From assembly GCA_029227175.1 (NCBI GenBank), contig JAQXZK010000137.1, forward strand, positions 7,467 through 71,466: a stretch of 64,000 nucleotides of DNA, written 5' to 3'. A program made the translations under genes and the position numbers. Each line of letters starts with the position of its first letter. Within the stretch, counting starts at the first letter, position 1. The notes below the pieces were generated by a model. It saw only the letters and a list, made by a program, of their open reading frames with translations. It made no database searches and was not told the DNA's origin. Source of the DNA: Bacteroidales bacterium. GTDB lineage: Bacteria; Bacteroidota; Bacteroidia; Bacteroidales; Bacteroidaceae. Of the stretch, positions 1-10,367 are shown piece after piece.

Positions 1-792
1 GACTACACCTGGCCGTTGTTTATTCTGGGTATTACGGGAATACTGAACCAAACGGCAGACAAAATCATCTTCCCACTCGTTTATCCAAACGAGGTGGTCG
101 GAAAAGAACTCCTGGGAATCTATGGCGGCTGCGTAAAAATTGCCATGATTATGGCCATGATCACACAGGCGTTTCGATATGCCTACGAACCAATTGTCTT
201 TGCTCAAGCCAAATCAAAAGACAAGAACGAGACCTATGCCTTAGGTATGAAGTTCTTCATCATCTTCACCCTTTTGGCCTTTCTGGCTGTGATAGCCTTT
301 CTGCCTATTCTGCAAGAGATTGTGGGCAAGAAATACCAAGTCGGAATGAAGGTGGTTCCTATCGTGATGATTGCAGAAATCATGATGGGCATATACTTCA
401 ACCTGTCTTTTTGGTACAAGCTTATAGACAAAACCATCTACGGAGCATGGTTCTCACTGGCCGGTTGCATCGTGCTTTTCGCTGTCAATATTCTGGGCAT
501 TCCCCACTTCAACTATATGGCCTGCGCTTGGGGCGGATTATTTGGCTACGGTACAGCCATGACACTGAGTTACATCATCGGACAAAGGATGAATCCTATC
601 CGGTATGACTTGAAGTCCATTGGAGGCTACGTCCTGCTCACCGCATTCCTATATATGGCTATGACCGCCTTTGAGATAGAAAACCGCTGGCTTTGCATCG
701 GTTACCGCACCATCCTGCTGCTTGTCTTCATGGCATACACTGCATGGAAAGACCTTCCTGTTAAAACCATCCTGCAAAGATTTAAAAGATGA
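1..792 (+). CDS. Polysaccharide biosynthesis/flippase (Wzx/MATE-like) membrane protein, 5'-truncated by window edge
   Basis: Open frame from window start; multiple TM segments; motifs QAFRYAYEPIVF and GIYFNLSFWYKL typical of Bacteroidales flippases. Confidence 0.8.
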   Translation, partial: DYTWPLFILGITGILNQTADKIIFPLVYPNEVVGKELLGIYGGCVKIAMIMAMITQAFRYAYEPIVFAQAKSKDKNETYALGMKFFIIFTLLAFLAVIAFLPILQEIVGKKYQVGMKVVPIVMIAEIMMGIYFNLSFWYKLIDKTIYGAWFSLAGCIVLFAVNILGIPHFNYMACAWGGLFGYGTAMTLSYIIGQRMNPIRYDLKSIGGYVLLTAFLYMAMTAFEIENRWLCIGYRTILLLVFMAYTAWKDLPVKTILQRFKR

Positions 793-2921
793 AACAACGA
801 GTCTTCCTTCTTCTTTGGGCACTGTGCCTTTTTCTGCCGACAAAAGCTGATGAAGGCATGTGGATGATAGGGAACCTCAACAAAGGGATTCGACAATCCA
901 TGCGCAAGATGGGCATTCAATTAAAGGCAGATAAATTATACAATCCTAAGGGCAACTCTCTCAAGGACTGTGTCGTCAGTTTTGGCGGATTCTGCTCTGG
1001 AGTTGTCGTCAGTGAGAACGGACTTGTCTTCACCAATCACCACTGTGGATTTCACAGCATACAGCAATTAAGCAATATCAACGAAGACTTCGTCCACCAA
1101 GGGTTTATTGCCTACGAGCAAGAAGGAGAACTACCCTGTCCCGAACTATACGTACGGTTTCTGCTGCGTCAGGAGAATGTAACCCGAAAAATCCTGTCCA
1201 AAGTCAAACCTGAGATGAGCGAGTATGAACGTGCAAACGTGATAGACTCCCTCAGTCGCTCCATCAGCGAGGAGATCTCCCGAAAAGACTCCACCTTGGT
1301 TGGCATTGTTGACGCCTATTATAGCGGTTCCGAGTTTTGGCTCTCTGTATACCAGGACTTTAATGACATTCGACTCGTCTTTGCCCCACCTTCGTACATC
1401 GGCAAATTCGGCTGGGAAACGGACAACTGGGTATGGCCAAGGCACACGGGAGATTTCTGTGTCTTCAGAATCTATGCCAATGCCCACAACCGCCCGGCAG
1501 ACTACGCAGCGGACAATCGGCCCTACCGAACCAAGAACTATGCCCGACTATGCCTTGACGGTTATCAAGAAGGAGATGCCACGATGACCATAGGCTACCC
1601 GGGAGAAACAACGCGCTTCCTCTCGTCGTACGGCATAGACGAAATCGTAAACACTCAAAATCAGGCACAGATTGACATACGCTCCATCAAACAGGACATC
1701 TGGAAAATGGCCATAAGAAGCAACGACAGTATCAGCATCATGTATGCAGCCAAATACGACGAAAGTTCCAACTATTGGAAGAACAGCATCGGGGTCAACG
1801 AAGCAATCAGAAAACACAAGACAATCGAAAAGAAACAGCAGGAGGAAGACAAACTGCTGCAATACATCCGAAACACCCCAGCAGAAAGAGGAAAACATCT
1901 GCAACTGTTTTCCGACCTGAAGGCAAACTACAGACAACGATTCGAGGCTCAGAAAGCACGGTTTTACCTCTATGAATCCTTCCTATATGCCCCCGAACTC
2001 ATACAACAGACCCTCAACATTCTCAATCTTGACCTGAGCGAAGACGCGGATGAGCAACTCGTCAATTCCACGTTAAGGAAGATTGTTGATACCTACCGAA
2101 ATATGGATACGAAAACCGACAAAGCGGTTTTTGGCGCCATGGTCTCCGCCTATAAAAACCATGTGGAAGAGGACTTTCTGCCCGATTTCTACACAACCAT
2201 CGACACCCTATACTCGGGAAATATCTCGACATTCGTGGACTCTCTATACGCCCGGACACACTTTGCCACACAGCAAGGCCTTGAAAAGGTCTGCCGCTCT
2301 GACAGCACCTTCAACCTCCAAGCCGACCCGGCTGTAAATGTTTGCCTGGACATCCTGGCCAAATTATTCGAAATAAACGCATTGATAGACGAACCCTCAC
2401 GCGAGATTGAGAGACTCGAACGAGATTTTACCGAACTAAAACGACGCTACAACAAGAACTACAATTTCTACCCGGATGCCAACTCCACCATGCGTCTGAG
2501 CATTGGCACCATAAAAAGCTATTCGCCCCGAGATGGCGTTGAATATGCTCACTACACAACGGTAATCGGTATTCTGGAAAAACTAAGAGACCACCTTGGA
2601 GACCCAGACTTCGAGATCAGCAGCGATTTCTTGAATCTGCTTGTCAAAGAAAAAGACACACCGCTTTTCGACAAAGACGGAACCATGCACGTCAACTTCA
2701 TAACCAACAACGACATTACCGGCGGAAACTCCGGGAGCCCGGTCTTTAATGCCAAAGGCGAACTGCTCGGCCTGGCCTTCGACGGAAATTGGGAGGCCAT
2801 GAACGGAGACTTCTTATTTGAAGAAAACACCCAGCGCTGCATTGCCGTAGACACACGATATATGCTTTACATCATGCAACTGGCCGAAGCCAACAGAATA
2901 ACAGCAGAATTAGGGTTCTGA
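789..2921 (+). CDS. S46 family dipeptidyl peptidase, DPP7-like
   Basis: Signal peptide then DEGMW; catalytic TNHHC and TGGNSGSPV; AFDGNWE (Gly at the S1 position as in DPP7; DPP11 has Arg). Confidence 0.92.
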   Translation: MKQRVFLLLWALCLFLPTKADEGMWMIGNLNKGIRQSMRKMGIQLKADKLYNPKGNSLKDCVVSFGGFCSGVVVSENGLVFTNHHCGFHSIQQLSNINEDFVHQGFIAYEQEGELPCPELYVRFLLRQENVTRKILSKVKPEMSEYERANVIDSLSRSISEEISRKDSTLVGIVDAYYSGSEFWLSVYQDFNDIRLVFAPPSYIGKFGWETDNWVWPRHTGDFCVFRIYANAHNRPADYAADNRPYRTKNYARLCLDGYQEGDATMTIGYPGETTRFLSSYGIDEIVNTQNQAQIDIRSIKQDIWKMAIRSNDSISIMYAAKYDESSNYWKNSIGVNEAIRKHKTIEKKQQEEDKLLQYIRNTPAERGKHLQLFSDLKANYRQRFEAQKARFYLYESFLYAPELIQQTLNILNLDLSEDADEQLVNSTLRKIVDTYRNMDTKTDKAVFGAMVSAYKNHVEEDFLPDFYTTIDTLYSGNISTFVDSLYARTHFATQQGLEKVCRSDSTFNLQADPAVNVCLDILAKLFEINALIDEPSREIERLERDFTELKRRYNKNYNFYPDANSTMRLSIGTIKSYSPRDGVEYAHYTTVIGILEKLRDHLGDPDFEISSDFLNLLVKEKDTPLFDKDGTMHVNFITNNDITGGNSGSPVFNAKGELLGLAFDGNWEAMNGDFLFEENTQRCIAVDTRYMLYIMQLAEANRITAELGF

Positions 2922-3054
2922 CCCTAAGATGATTGTTCGTTTTTTTTACCATCCTTACTTTCAACAATCCTAAGAAAAATCCAGTCATTGGCTCAGACCT
3001 CCTTAAAAATATAAAATATTCAGGTTAAAATTCCTTTCGCTCGATAAAAAACTT

Positions 3055-3062
3055 TACCTTTG
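3055..3062 (+). promoter_or_regulatory. Bacteroidetes -7 promoter box for the polysaccharide export cluster
   Basis: TACCTTTG matches TAnnTTTG, 40 bp upstream of the ATG at 3103. Confidence 0.6.
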
Positions 3063-3102
3063 CGATATTTAAACATCTCTATATTAGAATTGCCTGATAA
3101 TT

Positions 3103-5559
3103 ATGATAAAAAAACTGATTTTAAGCGCATTTGCAATCTTCTGCTCTGCAGGTATGCTCATGGCTCAAAGTACCATGAGCGACCAACAAGTTTTAGACTA
3201 CACAAAGGCTGCCGTAGCCAAGGGTAAATCATATACCGAGATAGCCAAAGAGTTGGCGCTGAAAGGGGTGACAAGAACTCAGGCCGAACGAGTAAAAAAA
3301 CTCTATGAGAGCCAACAGGACCAGAAAGAAGGCACCAACAAAAAGCAGACTAATAGGCAGATAACACGGAATGACAGCACCTACACCCAGCAACAGCAAT
3401 TACGTACTCCTGCCCTTACGACAAAAATCAAAAAACCCATACCGGCAGAGACCAAAGACCGGTTGGTATATAGCGACGCTGACACAACATCTACTTCTGA
3501 AAACGACGAAGTGCAAATCTTTGGACGCGAAATATTCCAGAACCGCGACCTGAATTTCATGCCGTCCGAAAACCTTGCCACACCTGAAAACTACCGACTG
3601 GGTCCCGGAGACGAAGTTATCATTGACATTTTTGGTGCCAACCAGACAACACTTCGCGACGATATTTCACCGGAAGGAAGCATCAACGTAGATATTCTCG
3701 GCCCAATCTATCTCAACGGCCTTACCATTGAGCAAGCGAACACTTTCTTGAAACAGCGCCTGTCCAGCATTTACGCTGGCCTGACAAGCGAAGGCGAACA
3801 GACCGACATCCGGCTGAGTCTGGGTCAAATCCGCAGCATCATGGTGAATGTGCTTGGCGAAGTGGCAAATCCCGGAACGTATAACATCTCTTCCTTCTCA
3901 ACGGTTCTTCATGCACTCTACACAGCAGGAGGCGTGATGGGTGTCGGTTCTCTTCGTGACATCAAAGTTGTCCGTAACGGAAAAACCGTCTCGTCCGTCG
4001 ACATCTACGACCTGCTCATCAACGGCAGTCGCCAGAACGACATCCGCCTCGAAGAAGGTGACGTCATCCTGATACCGGCCTACAAATGCTTGGTAGAGGC
4101 AAGGGGAAAGGTTAAACGGCCTATGTTCTTCGAAATGAAAGAAGGCGAATCTCTCGAGGCTCTCATCAACTATGCCGGAGGATATGACTCAGACGCCTAC
4201 ACTCAAAGCCTGACCGTCATCCGCCAGAATGGCAAGGAATATGAAGTATATAGCGTAGATAACAACGAATACGGCACATTCGTCCTAAAGAACGGTGATG
4301 AAGTGGAAGTCGGCGAACTGCTCTCACGCTTCAACAACCGAGTAAAGATAGACGGTGCCGTTTATCGCAAAGGTCTTTACCAGTTAGGTGGAAAAGTAAC
4401 GACAGTCAAGTCGTTGATTGAAAAGGCTGACGGTCTGCTTCCTGAAGCATTTACAACAAGAGCCATTCTCCACCGGGAAAAGACAGACCGCAGCCTTGAG
4501 GTCTTATCTGTCGACTTGGCCGGCATTCTCAATGGGACAGCTCCGGACATTCCACTTCGCAACAACGATGTCCTGTTTGTTCCAAGCATCTATGACTTGA
4601 AAGACCAGGGAACGCTCACCATCTATGGTGAAGTCGCCAAGCCTGGAGTGTTCAAATATGCCGGAAACACAACATTGGAGGATCTCATCCTGCAAGCCGG
4701 TGGTCTGCTGGAATCAGCCTCAACAGCACAGGTAGACGTTGCACGTCGTGTGAAAAACACCAATTCGCTCACAGCGCAAAGCGAAATAGCAGAAACCTAC
4801 AGCTTCAGCCTGAAAAACGGATTCGTCATTGAAGGCGAACCGGGGTTCATTCTCAAACCATACGACGAAGTCTTCGTTCGCACATCCCCGTCATACTCAG
4901 AGCAACAGCATGTCACTGTAACAGGTGAGGTAAACTTCACGGGGCAATTTGCCATGAGCGAAAGAGAACAGCGAATCAGTTCTATCATCAAGCGGGCAGG
5001 TGGAATAACAGATTTCGCCTATACCAGAGGAGCACGTCTGGCCCGCCGAATGACAGAAGAAGAGATTACACGTGCGAAAGAAAAATTAGAAACTTTAGAG
5101 CAAAGCGGTGATTCACTCAAATTAGACAAAAAGATTGAAGAATATTATTACGTTGGTATCAATCTGGACAAAGCACTTGCAAATCCGGGCAGCGATTACG
5201 ACATCGTACTCCGTGACGGTGACCGCATTGAAATACCGACATATAACAACACGGTCAAAATCAGCGGTACAGTTCTCTATCCCAACACCGTTACCTATGA
5301 TAAAAAACTATCTATAAATGACTATATTAAAATGGCAGGCGGATATGCACAGGATGCCAACAAAAAGAAAGTATACGTCATTAGCATGAACGGTATGGTC
5401 TCCAAAGGAAGAAAATACATGGACATCGAACCGGGCAGTGAAATTGTCGTTCCGATGAAGAAGAAACGTTCAAACACGCTTCAGGAAACAATGGCTATTG
5501 CCACAACCGCGACTTCACTGGCGACAACAATCGCAGCAATTACAGCACTGTTTAAATAA
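3103..5559 (+). CDS. SLBB-domain polysaccharide export protein (Wza/KpsD-like)
   Basis: Signal peptide; YRLGPGDEVIIDI Poly_export motif; repeated SLBB units (V.GEV..PG, AGG). Confidence 0.9.
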   Translation: MIKKLILSAFAIFCSAGMLMAQSTMSDQQVLDYTKAAVAKGKSYTEIAKELALKGVTRTQAERVKKLYESQQDQKEGTNKKQTNRQITRNDSTYTQQQQLRTPALTTKIKKPIPAETKDRLVYSDADTTSTSENDEVQIFGREIFQNRDLNFMPSENLATPENYRLGPGDEVIIDIFGANQTTLRDDISPEGSINVDILGPIYLNGLTIEQANTFLKQRLSSIYAGLTSEGEQTDIRLSLGQIRSIMVNVLGEVANPGTYNISSFSTVLHALYTAGGVMGVGSLRDIKVVRNGKTVSSVDIYDLLINGSRQNDIRLEEGDVILIPAYKCLVEARGKVKRPMFFEMKEGESLEALINYAGGYDSDAYTQSLTVIRQNGKEYEVYSVDNNEYGTFVLKNGDEVEVGELLSRFNNRVKIDGAVYRKGLYQLGGKVTTVKSLIEKADGLLPEAFTTRAILHREKTDRSLEVLSVDLAGILNGTAPDIPLRNNDVLFVPSIYDLKDQGTLTIYGEVAKPGVFKYAGNTTLEDLILQAGGLLESASTAQVDVARRVKNTNSLTAQSEIAETYSFSLKNGFVIEGEPGFILKPYDEVFVRTSPSYSEQQHVTVTGEVNFTGQFAMSEREQRISSIIKRAGGITDFAYTRGARLARRMTEEEITRAKEKLETLEQSGDSLKLDKKIEEYYYVGINLDKALANPGSDYDIVLRDGDRIEIPTYNNTVKISGTVLYPNTVTYDKKLSINDYIKMAGGYAQDANKKKVYVISMNGMVSKGRKYMDIEPGSEIVVPMKKKRSNTLQETMAIATTATSLATTIAAITALFK

Positions 5560-5566
5560 CAGAAAT

Positions 5567-6697
5567 ATGAATCAGACAGAATACTACAATAAACCTCCTC
5601 AATACATAGAAGAGGAAGAAGAACTCAACATTGACTGGATGGCGCTCATTGTCAAAGCATGGAAAGGGCGCAAATTCATTGTTATCTGCACATTCGTGTT
5701 TGCCTGTCTGGGCGTTGTATCCGCCCTGCTGAGCAAAAGACAATGGAATGTATCCGTAACGCTGGCCCCGGAAATGGCGCAGAAAAATGCTGGAGGAATG
5801 AGCGGCATTGCGAGCATGCTTGGCATGAGTTCACTGAACTTAGGCAATAGTACAGACGCACTGAACATCACGCTCTTCCCTGATATTTGCAGCAGCACAC
5901 CATTCCTTACCAGTCTGTTTGATGTGCCGGTCACGCCATACACCTCTCCCAAAGCACTGAAAAATGGCGAAAAGCCCAAAGAGCCCAGAAGCCTTTATAA
6001 ATATATCACCAAAGAGGACGAGCCCAAAGGTTTCTTTGCCTCCATTATGGAATCTATTTTCGGAGCAGAAAAAGACACGACAACTATCGTCAACATCTCC
6101 CACCTGACCCCCAAACAAATGTCGGTTGTCAAGGTATTGGGACGCTCCATTTCTGCCAATGTAGACAAAAAAACCGGCATAACAACCGTTGGAGTGACGA
6201 TGGACGACCCGGCCATTACAACCCAAATGGCAGATAGTGTCTGCAGGCGATTGCAAGACTACGTTATCAAATACCGTACTCAAAAAGCAACCGAAGACTT
6301 TGTGTACTACACTAAATTAGCTGAAGAAGCACACCAGAAACTTATCGAGGCACAAGATGCCTATGCGCAAAGCGTCGACTACGACCGAAGTGTCATTCTC
6401 CAAACCGTGAACAGTGAGAAACAACGGTTACAAGACGAAGCGACCCTTGCCAGTCAGATTTATACCCAAATGGAACAACAGAAAGAAATGGCTCGTGCCA
6501 GAATACAAGAGGAAAAACCTGTATTTGCCGTGATTCAGCCAGCTACCATGCCGGAAAATCCCGCCGGAAAAGGCCGCAAAATGACCGTTCTGATGTTCAT
6601 CGCTTTGGGCCTCATCATATCATTGGCATGGAAATGTTATGCTGAAGAAGTTACGCTCAACCTCTGGACTGACTTCAAAAGCAAAATGAAAGAATAA
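5567..6697 (+). CDS. Chain-length determinant (Wzz-like)
   Basis: N- and C-terminal TM helices flanking a coiled coil; PVFAVIQPATMP motif; start placed at MNQTEY (the ORF-track start overlaps the previous gene). Confidence 0.88.
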   Translation: MNQTEYYNKPPQYIEEEEELNIDWMALIVKAWKGRKFIVICTFVFACLGVVSALLSKRQWNVSVTLAPEMAQKNAGGMSGIASMLGMSSLNLGNSTDALNITLFPDICSSTPFLTSLFDVPVTPYTSPKALKNGEKPKEPRSLYKYITKEDEPKGFFASIMESIFGAEKDTTTIVNISHLTPKQMSVVKVLGRSISANVDKKTGITTVGVTMDDPAITTQMADSVCRRLQDYVIKYRTQKATEDFVYYTKLAEEAHQKLIEAQDAYAQSVDYDRSVILQTVNSEKQRLQDEATLASQIYTQMEQQKEMARARIQEEKPVFAVIQPATMPENPAGKGRKMTVLMFIALGLIISLAWKCYAEEVTLNLWTDFKSKMKE

Positions 6698-6729
6698 AAA
6701 TATAATATATTATACCTTATTAATATATA

Positions 6730-7554
6730 ATGTTCGGAAGTATCAAACAACAAACGCGCACATTGCTATGCCTGGCTGTTCTCCTCGTGTTTTGTACGGC
6801 CAGTCATGCACAGTTCACATTCGGAACAACCGGTCTGTTGCACCTGCCCACTGCCGACATGCAACGCGACAAGACATTCATGGGAGGTGGAACCTTGTTG
6901 AATCTGCACTCAACCCCATCTACGTGGAATTATAATACCTATAACTACTACATAGGACTTACATTCTTTCCTTGGATGGAAGTTACCTATACCTGTACGC
7001 TTTTCTCTGCGAAATCACTTGGTGTAGACAAATACCCCTATACCAAAGGGCACTTCTCCAATCAAGACCGAAATTTCAGTCTTCGCCTGAGGTTATGGAA
7101 GGAAGGGTGGTGGAAAACCTGGACACCCCAGATTGTCTTTGGCGCAAATGACGTATTACATACGAGGGAGAAAGGCTCCTCGTTAGGCCAGATTGGAGTC
7201 ACCTCAACAAGCAATGGCTACTGGGGAAGATTCTATATAGCAGCGACCAAACATTTTGATTTCCAAGGAATAGGTAATCTTGGAGCGCATGCCGTCTACT
7301 TTATTGATAACAATAGAACAGGATTCCTGTACAATGGATTAGGAGCCGGTGTAAACTTCCAATTTGCTACTCCCGGTGACAATTTTGGACAAAAACTTCT
7401 AAATAGGATGAATGTTATGGCAGAATACGACACACGAGAAGGAAGCATTGGCATGCACATTGCAGTGTGGAAAGACATGTTCAACATAGCCACAGAACTA
7501 TATGGATGCAAACATCTTTCGGTAGGAGCTTACATGAAGATACACCTTAGATAA
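6730..7554 (+). CDS. YjbH-domain outer-membrane protein (EPS export associated)
   Basis: Signal peptide then GTTGLLHLPTADMQ; DRNFSLRLRLWKE; beta-strand-like C-terminus. Confidence 0.8.
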   Translation: MFGSIKQQTRTLLCLAVLLVFCTASHAQFTFGTTGLLHLPTADMQRDKTFMGGGTLLNLHSTPSTWNYNTYNYYIGLTFFPWMEVTYTCTLFSAKSLGVDKYPYTKGHFSNQDRNFSLRLRLWKEGWWKTWTPQIVFGANDVLHTREKGSSLGQIGVTSTSNGYWGRFYIAATKHFDFQGIGNLGAHAVYFIDNNRTGFLYNGLGAGVNFQFATPGDNFGQKLLNRMNVMAEYDTREGSIGMHIAVWKDMFNIATELYGCKHLSVGAYMKIHLR

Positions 7555-7612
7555 TGCTTCCACTCCATCTGCCCGAGTCAACAAACATAAAACGAACAAA
7601 AATCATATTACA

Positions 7613-9562
7613 ATGAATCCATTCATCAAACTCTGTAACTGGTATTTCTCCAAGAAAGCCCTGCCGTATTGGTGTGTACTTGCAATGGATTGCCTAATTG
7701 TTCTTTTTGCACATCTTATATCCATCTTCTTTACCAAAGGAGGAGAGTTCATCTATAACCATTTTGAGCACATCATACTTATTATCTCTGCCTACTTGAT
7801 TCCATACATTATAGGATTCAGGCTGTTACACACCTACACAGGCATCCTCCGCTACAGCAGTTTCAGAGATTTGATTCGAATTGCATTTGCCATGTTGATT
7901 GGTGCAACTATCTGCATTGCAATAAACCACATCATACTCGACCACTTCGATTTTCTACACCCAAGTTATAATACCATCTGGCTTGTCGCCTTTCTGGGTA
8001 CACTTATTATGTGGTTCTCCAGAATTTCCATCAAATTCCTTTTTGAAATCTTCCGTTCCGGAAAACATTCTATCCGCGTCTTCATTTTCGGTACCCGCCA
8101 CGGAGGCGTTTCCTTGGCAAAGAGCATCAACAGCGACATTGATAGACAGTATATTGTCAAAGGATTTGTAACTCCGGATAAGGACATGCAAAAACACTCC
8201 TTGATGGGATTACCTATTTATAACAACGACGAGAACGTCATTGACATCATGAAAGACAAGGGTGTAACCTGTCTGATGGTCTCTCCTTTACAAAGCGACT
8301 TCTTCCGTAGTCAGGAAAAACTCATCAACAACTTGCTAAAGGCCGAGATACAAATCAGAATGATGAACCAATCAGAAGAATGGGACGGACATTCTGACTT
8401 GAAACACCAATCACTTCATGAAATTGATATTGAAGACCTGCTACCACGTGATAAGATTGAAGTCAACCTAGAAGCAACCAGCAAACTTCTGAAAGACAAA
8501 AGAATCCTCATCACCGGTGCAGCCGGCTCTATAGGCAGCGAAATCGTTCGACAGATTGCAACATTCAAACCGGCAGAAATGATTTTGATTGACCAGGCAG
8601 AAACACCCATGCATGACATTCGCCTGATGATGAAAAAATATCAAGAAATAACGTCTCAAACCATTGTGACAAGCATTACCAACCAGACACACATGGAAAG
8701 TATATTTGCTTGCCACAAACCGGACTATGTATTTCACGCCGCGGCATACAAACACGTTCCAATGATGGAAGACAATCCTGCCTTAGCCGTACAAAACAAC
8801 ATCCGAGGCACACGTGTTATAGCTGATCTTGCAGTCAAATACGGAACAAAGAAGTTTGTCATGATTTCAACAGATAAAGCCGTAAACCCAACCAATGTAA
8901 TGGGCTGCTCAAAAAGAATCTGTGAAATATATTGCCAATCCCTGAACAAAGCCATTTTTGATCAGAAAAACTCTGGCTCTCCGGCTACCATTCTACAAGC
9001 AGACGGTTCTCCGGCCATCACACAATTTGTCACCACACGATTTGGAAACGTACTTGGAAGCAACGGTTCTGTTATCCCAATCTTTAAGGAGCAGATTAGC
9101 AAAGGCGGCCCTATCACCGTTACACACCCAGACATCATCCGATTCTTCATGCTCATTCCTGAAGCATGCCGACTTGTCCTTGAAGCAGGAACAATGGGCA
9201 AGGGTGGAGAAATCTACATCTTCGACATGGGCAAGCCGGTAAAAATCTTGGACTTGGCCAAAAGAATGATTTCCCTCAGTCACGCGAAGAATATCGAGAT
9301 AAAATTTACAGGACTTCGCGACGGTGAGAAACTGTACGAAGAGGTGTTGAATGAGAAAGAAATCACCAAACCGACACACCATCCCAAGATTAAGATTGCT
9401 GCAGTGCGCGAGTATGACTACGAAACAGCAAAGGCAAACGAAGACCGTCTGCTCGAGGCAAGTTATACCTATGACGATATGCAAATTGTGAAGATTATGA
9501 AGGAAATCGTCCCGGAATATAAAAGTCAGCACTCCAAATACGAGTTTCTCGACAAACAATGA
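7613..9562 (+). CDS. Membrane-bound nucleoside-diphosphate-sugar dehydratase (CapD/PglF-like)
   Basis: N-terminal TMs; TGAAGSIGSE, HAAAYKHVP, STDKAVNPTNVMG and RFGNVLGSNGSV motifs. Confidence 0.93.
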   Translation: MNPFIKLCNWYFSKKALPYWCVLAMDCLIVLFAHLISIFFTKGGEFIYNHFEHIILIISAYLIPYIIGFRLLHTYTGILRYSSFRDLIRIAFAMLIGATICIAINHIILDHFDFLHPSYNTIWLVAFLGTLIMWFSRISIKFLFEIFRSGKHSIRVFIFGTRHGGVSLAKSINSDIDRQYIVKGFVTPDKDMQKHSLMGLPIYNNDENVIDIMKDKGVTCLMVSPLQSDFFRSQEKLINNLLKAEIQIRMMNQSEEWDGHSDLKHQSLHEIDIEDLLPRDKIEVNLEATSKLLKDKRILITGAAGSIGSEIVRQIATFKPAEMILIDQAETPMHDIRLMMKKYQEITSQTIVTSITNQTHMESIFACHKPDYVFHAAAYKHVPMMEDNPALAVQNNIRGTRVIADLAVKYGTKKFVMISTDKAVNPTNVMGCSKRICEIYCQSLNKAIFDQKNSGSPATILQADGSPAITQFVTTRFGNVLGSNGSVIPIFKEQISKGGPITVTHPDIIRFFMLIPEACRLVLEAGTMGKGGEIYIFDMGKPVKILDLAKRMISLSHAKNIEIKFTGLRDGEKLYEEVLNEKEITKPTHHPKIKIAAVREYDYETAKANEDRLLEASYTYDDMQIVKIMKEIVPEYKSQHSKYEFLDKQ

Positions 9563-9590
9563 CTCGTAAAGGAACTAAAGAATCACAATT

Positions 9591-10325
9591 ATGAAGTGCC
9601 TTATACTTGCTGCCGGATACGCTACTCGCCTGTATCCTCTCACAGAAAACTTCCCCAAGCCACTCCTGAAAGTTGGTTCCAAAACCATTCTCGACTGGCT
9701 CGTGGACGACATAGATTTATCAGGCAAGGTGGACGAATACATTGTCATCTCCAACCACAAGTTTGCCAAACACTTTGAGGATTGGGCTTCTACAAAATCC
9801 CAAAAGGTTTCTGTGGTCGATGATGGAACATCCTCCAACGAAACACGATTGGGTGCAGTCAAGGATATTCAATACGCCATAGACCTCCTACACATAGATG
9901 AAGATGTTTTGGTCATTGCGGGAGACAATGTCCTTGACTTCAGTCTGACAAGATTCATTGATTATGCCCTGGAAAAGCAGACCTCTGCCATCATGCGATA
10001 CTACGAGAGCAACGAACAGAAGTTGCTGAAATGTGGTGTTGTCACGACCAACGATGACGACCTGATTCTTCGTATGACAGAGAAGTCTCCGACTCCTGAG
10101 ACCCATTGGTGTACCCCTCCCTTCTATTACTATACTAAAGACGACATGCGCTTAATCAGCAAAGGTATAGAGAACGGATGTGGCGTAGATGCACCCGGCA
10201 GCTACATTGCATGGCTTTGCACCCAAGTACCTGTTCACGCCATGGAAATGCCCGGGAAAAGATATGACATCGGGAATCTACAAAGCTACGAGAAAGTCAA
10301 AGAAGAATATAAGGGGATTCTCTAA
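9591..10325 (+). CDS. Sugar-phosphate nucleotidyltransferase (NTP_transferase family)
   Basis: LILAAGYATRLYPLT..PKPLL signature; C-terminal YDIG. Confidence 0.88.
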   Translation: MKCLILAAGYATRLYPLTENFPKPLLKVGSKTILDWLVDDIDLSGKVDEYIVISNHKFAKHFEDWASTKSQKVSVVDDGTSSNETRLGAVKDIQYAIDLLHIDEDVLVIAGDNVLDFSLTRFIDYALEKQTSAIMRYYESNEQKLLKCGVVTTNDDDLILRMTEKSPTPETHWCTPPFYYYTKDDMRLISKGIENGCGVDAPGSYIAWLCTQVPVHAMEMPGKRYDIGNLQSYEKVKEEYKGIL

Positions 10326-10367
10326 TAGCTTGCTTATCATACTCAGTCTAAAACCTTGTAAATCGAC

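Noticed and set aside
2922-3102. Invertible promoter upstream of the polysaccharide export cluster
   Set aside because: No inverted-repeat pair flanking the -7 box and no recombinase nearby; GATTGTTCGT only weakly resembles Bacteroides invertible repeats.
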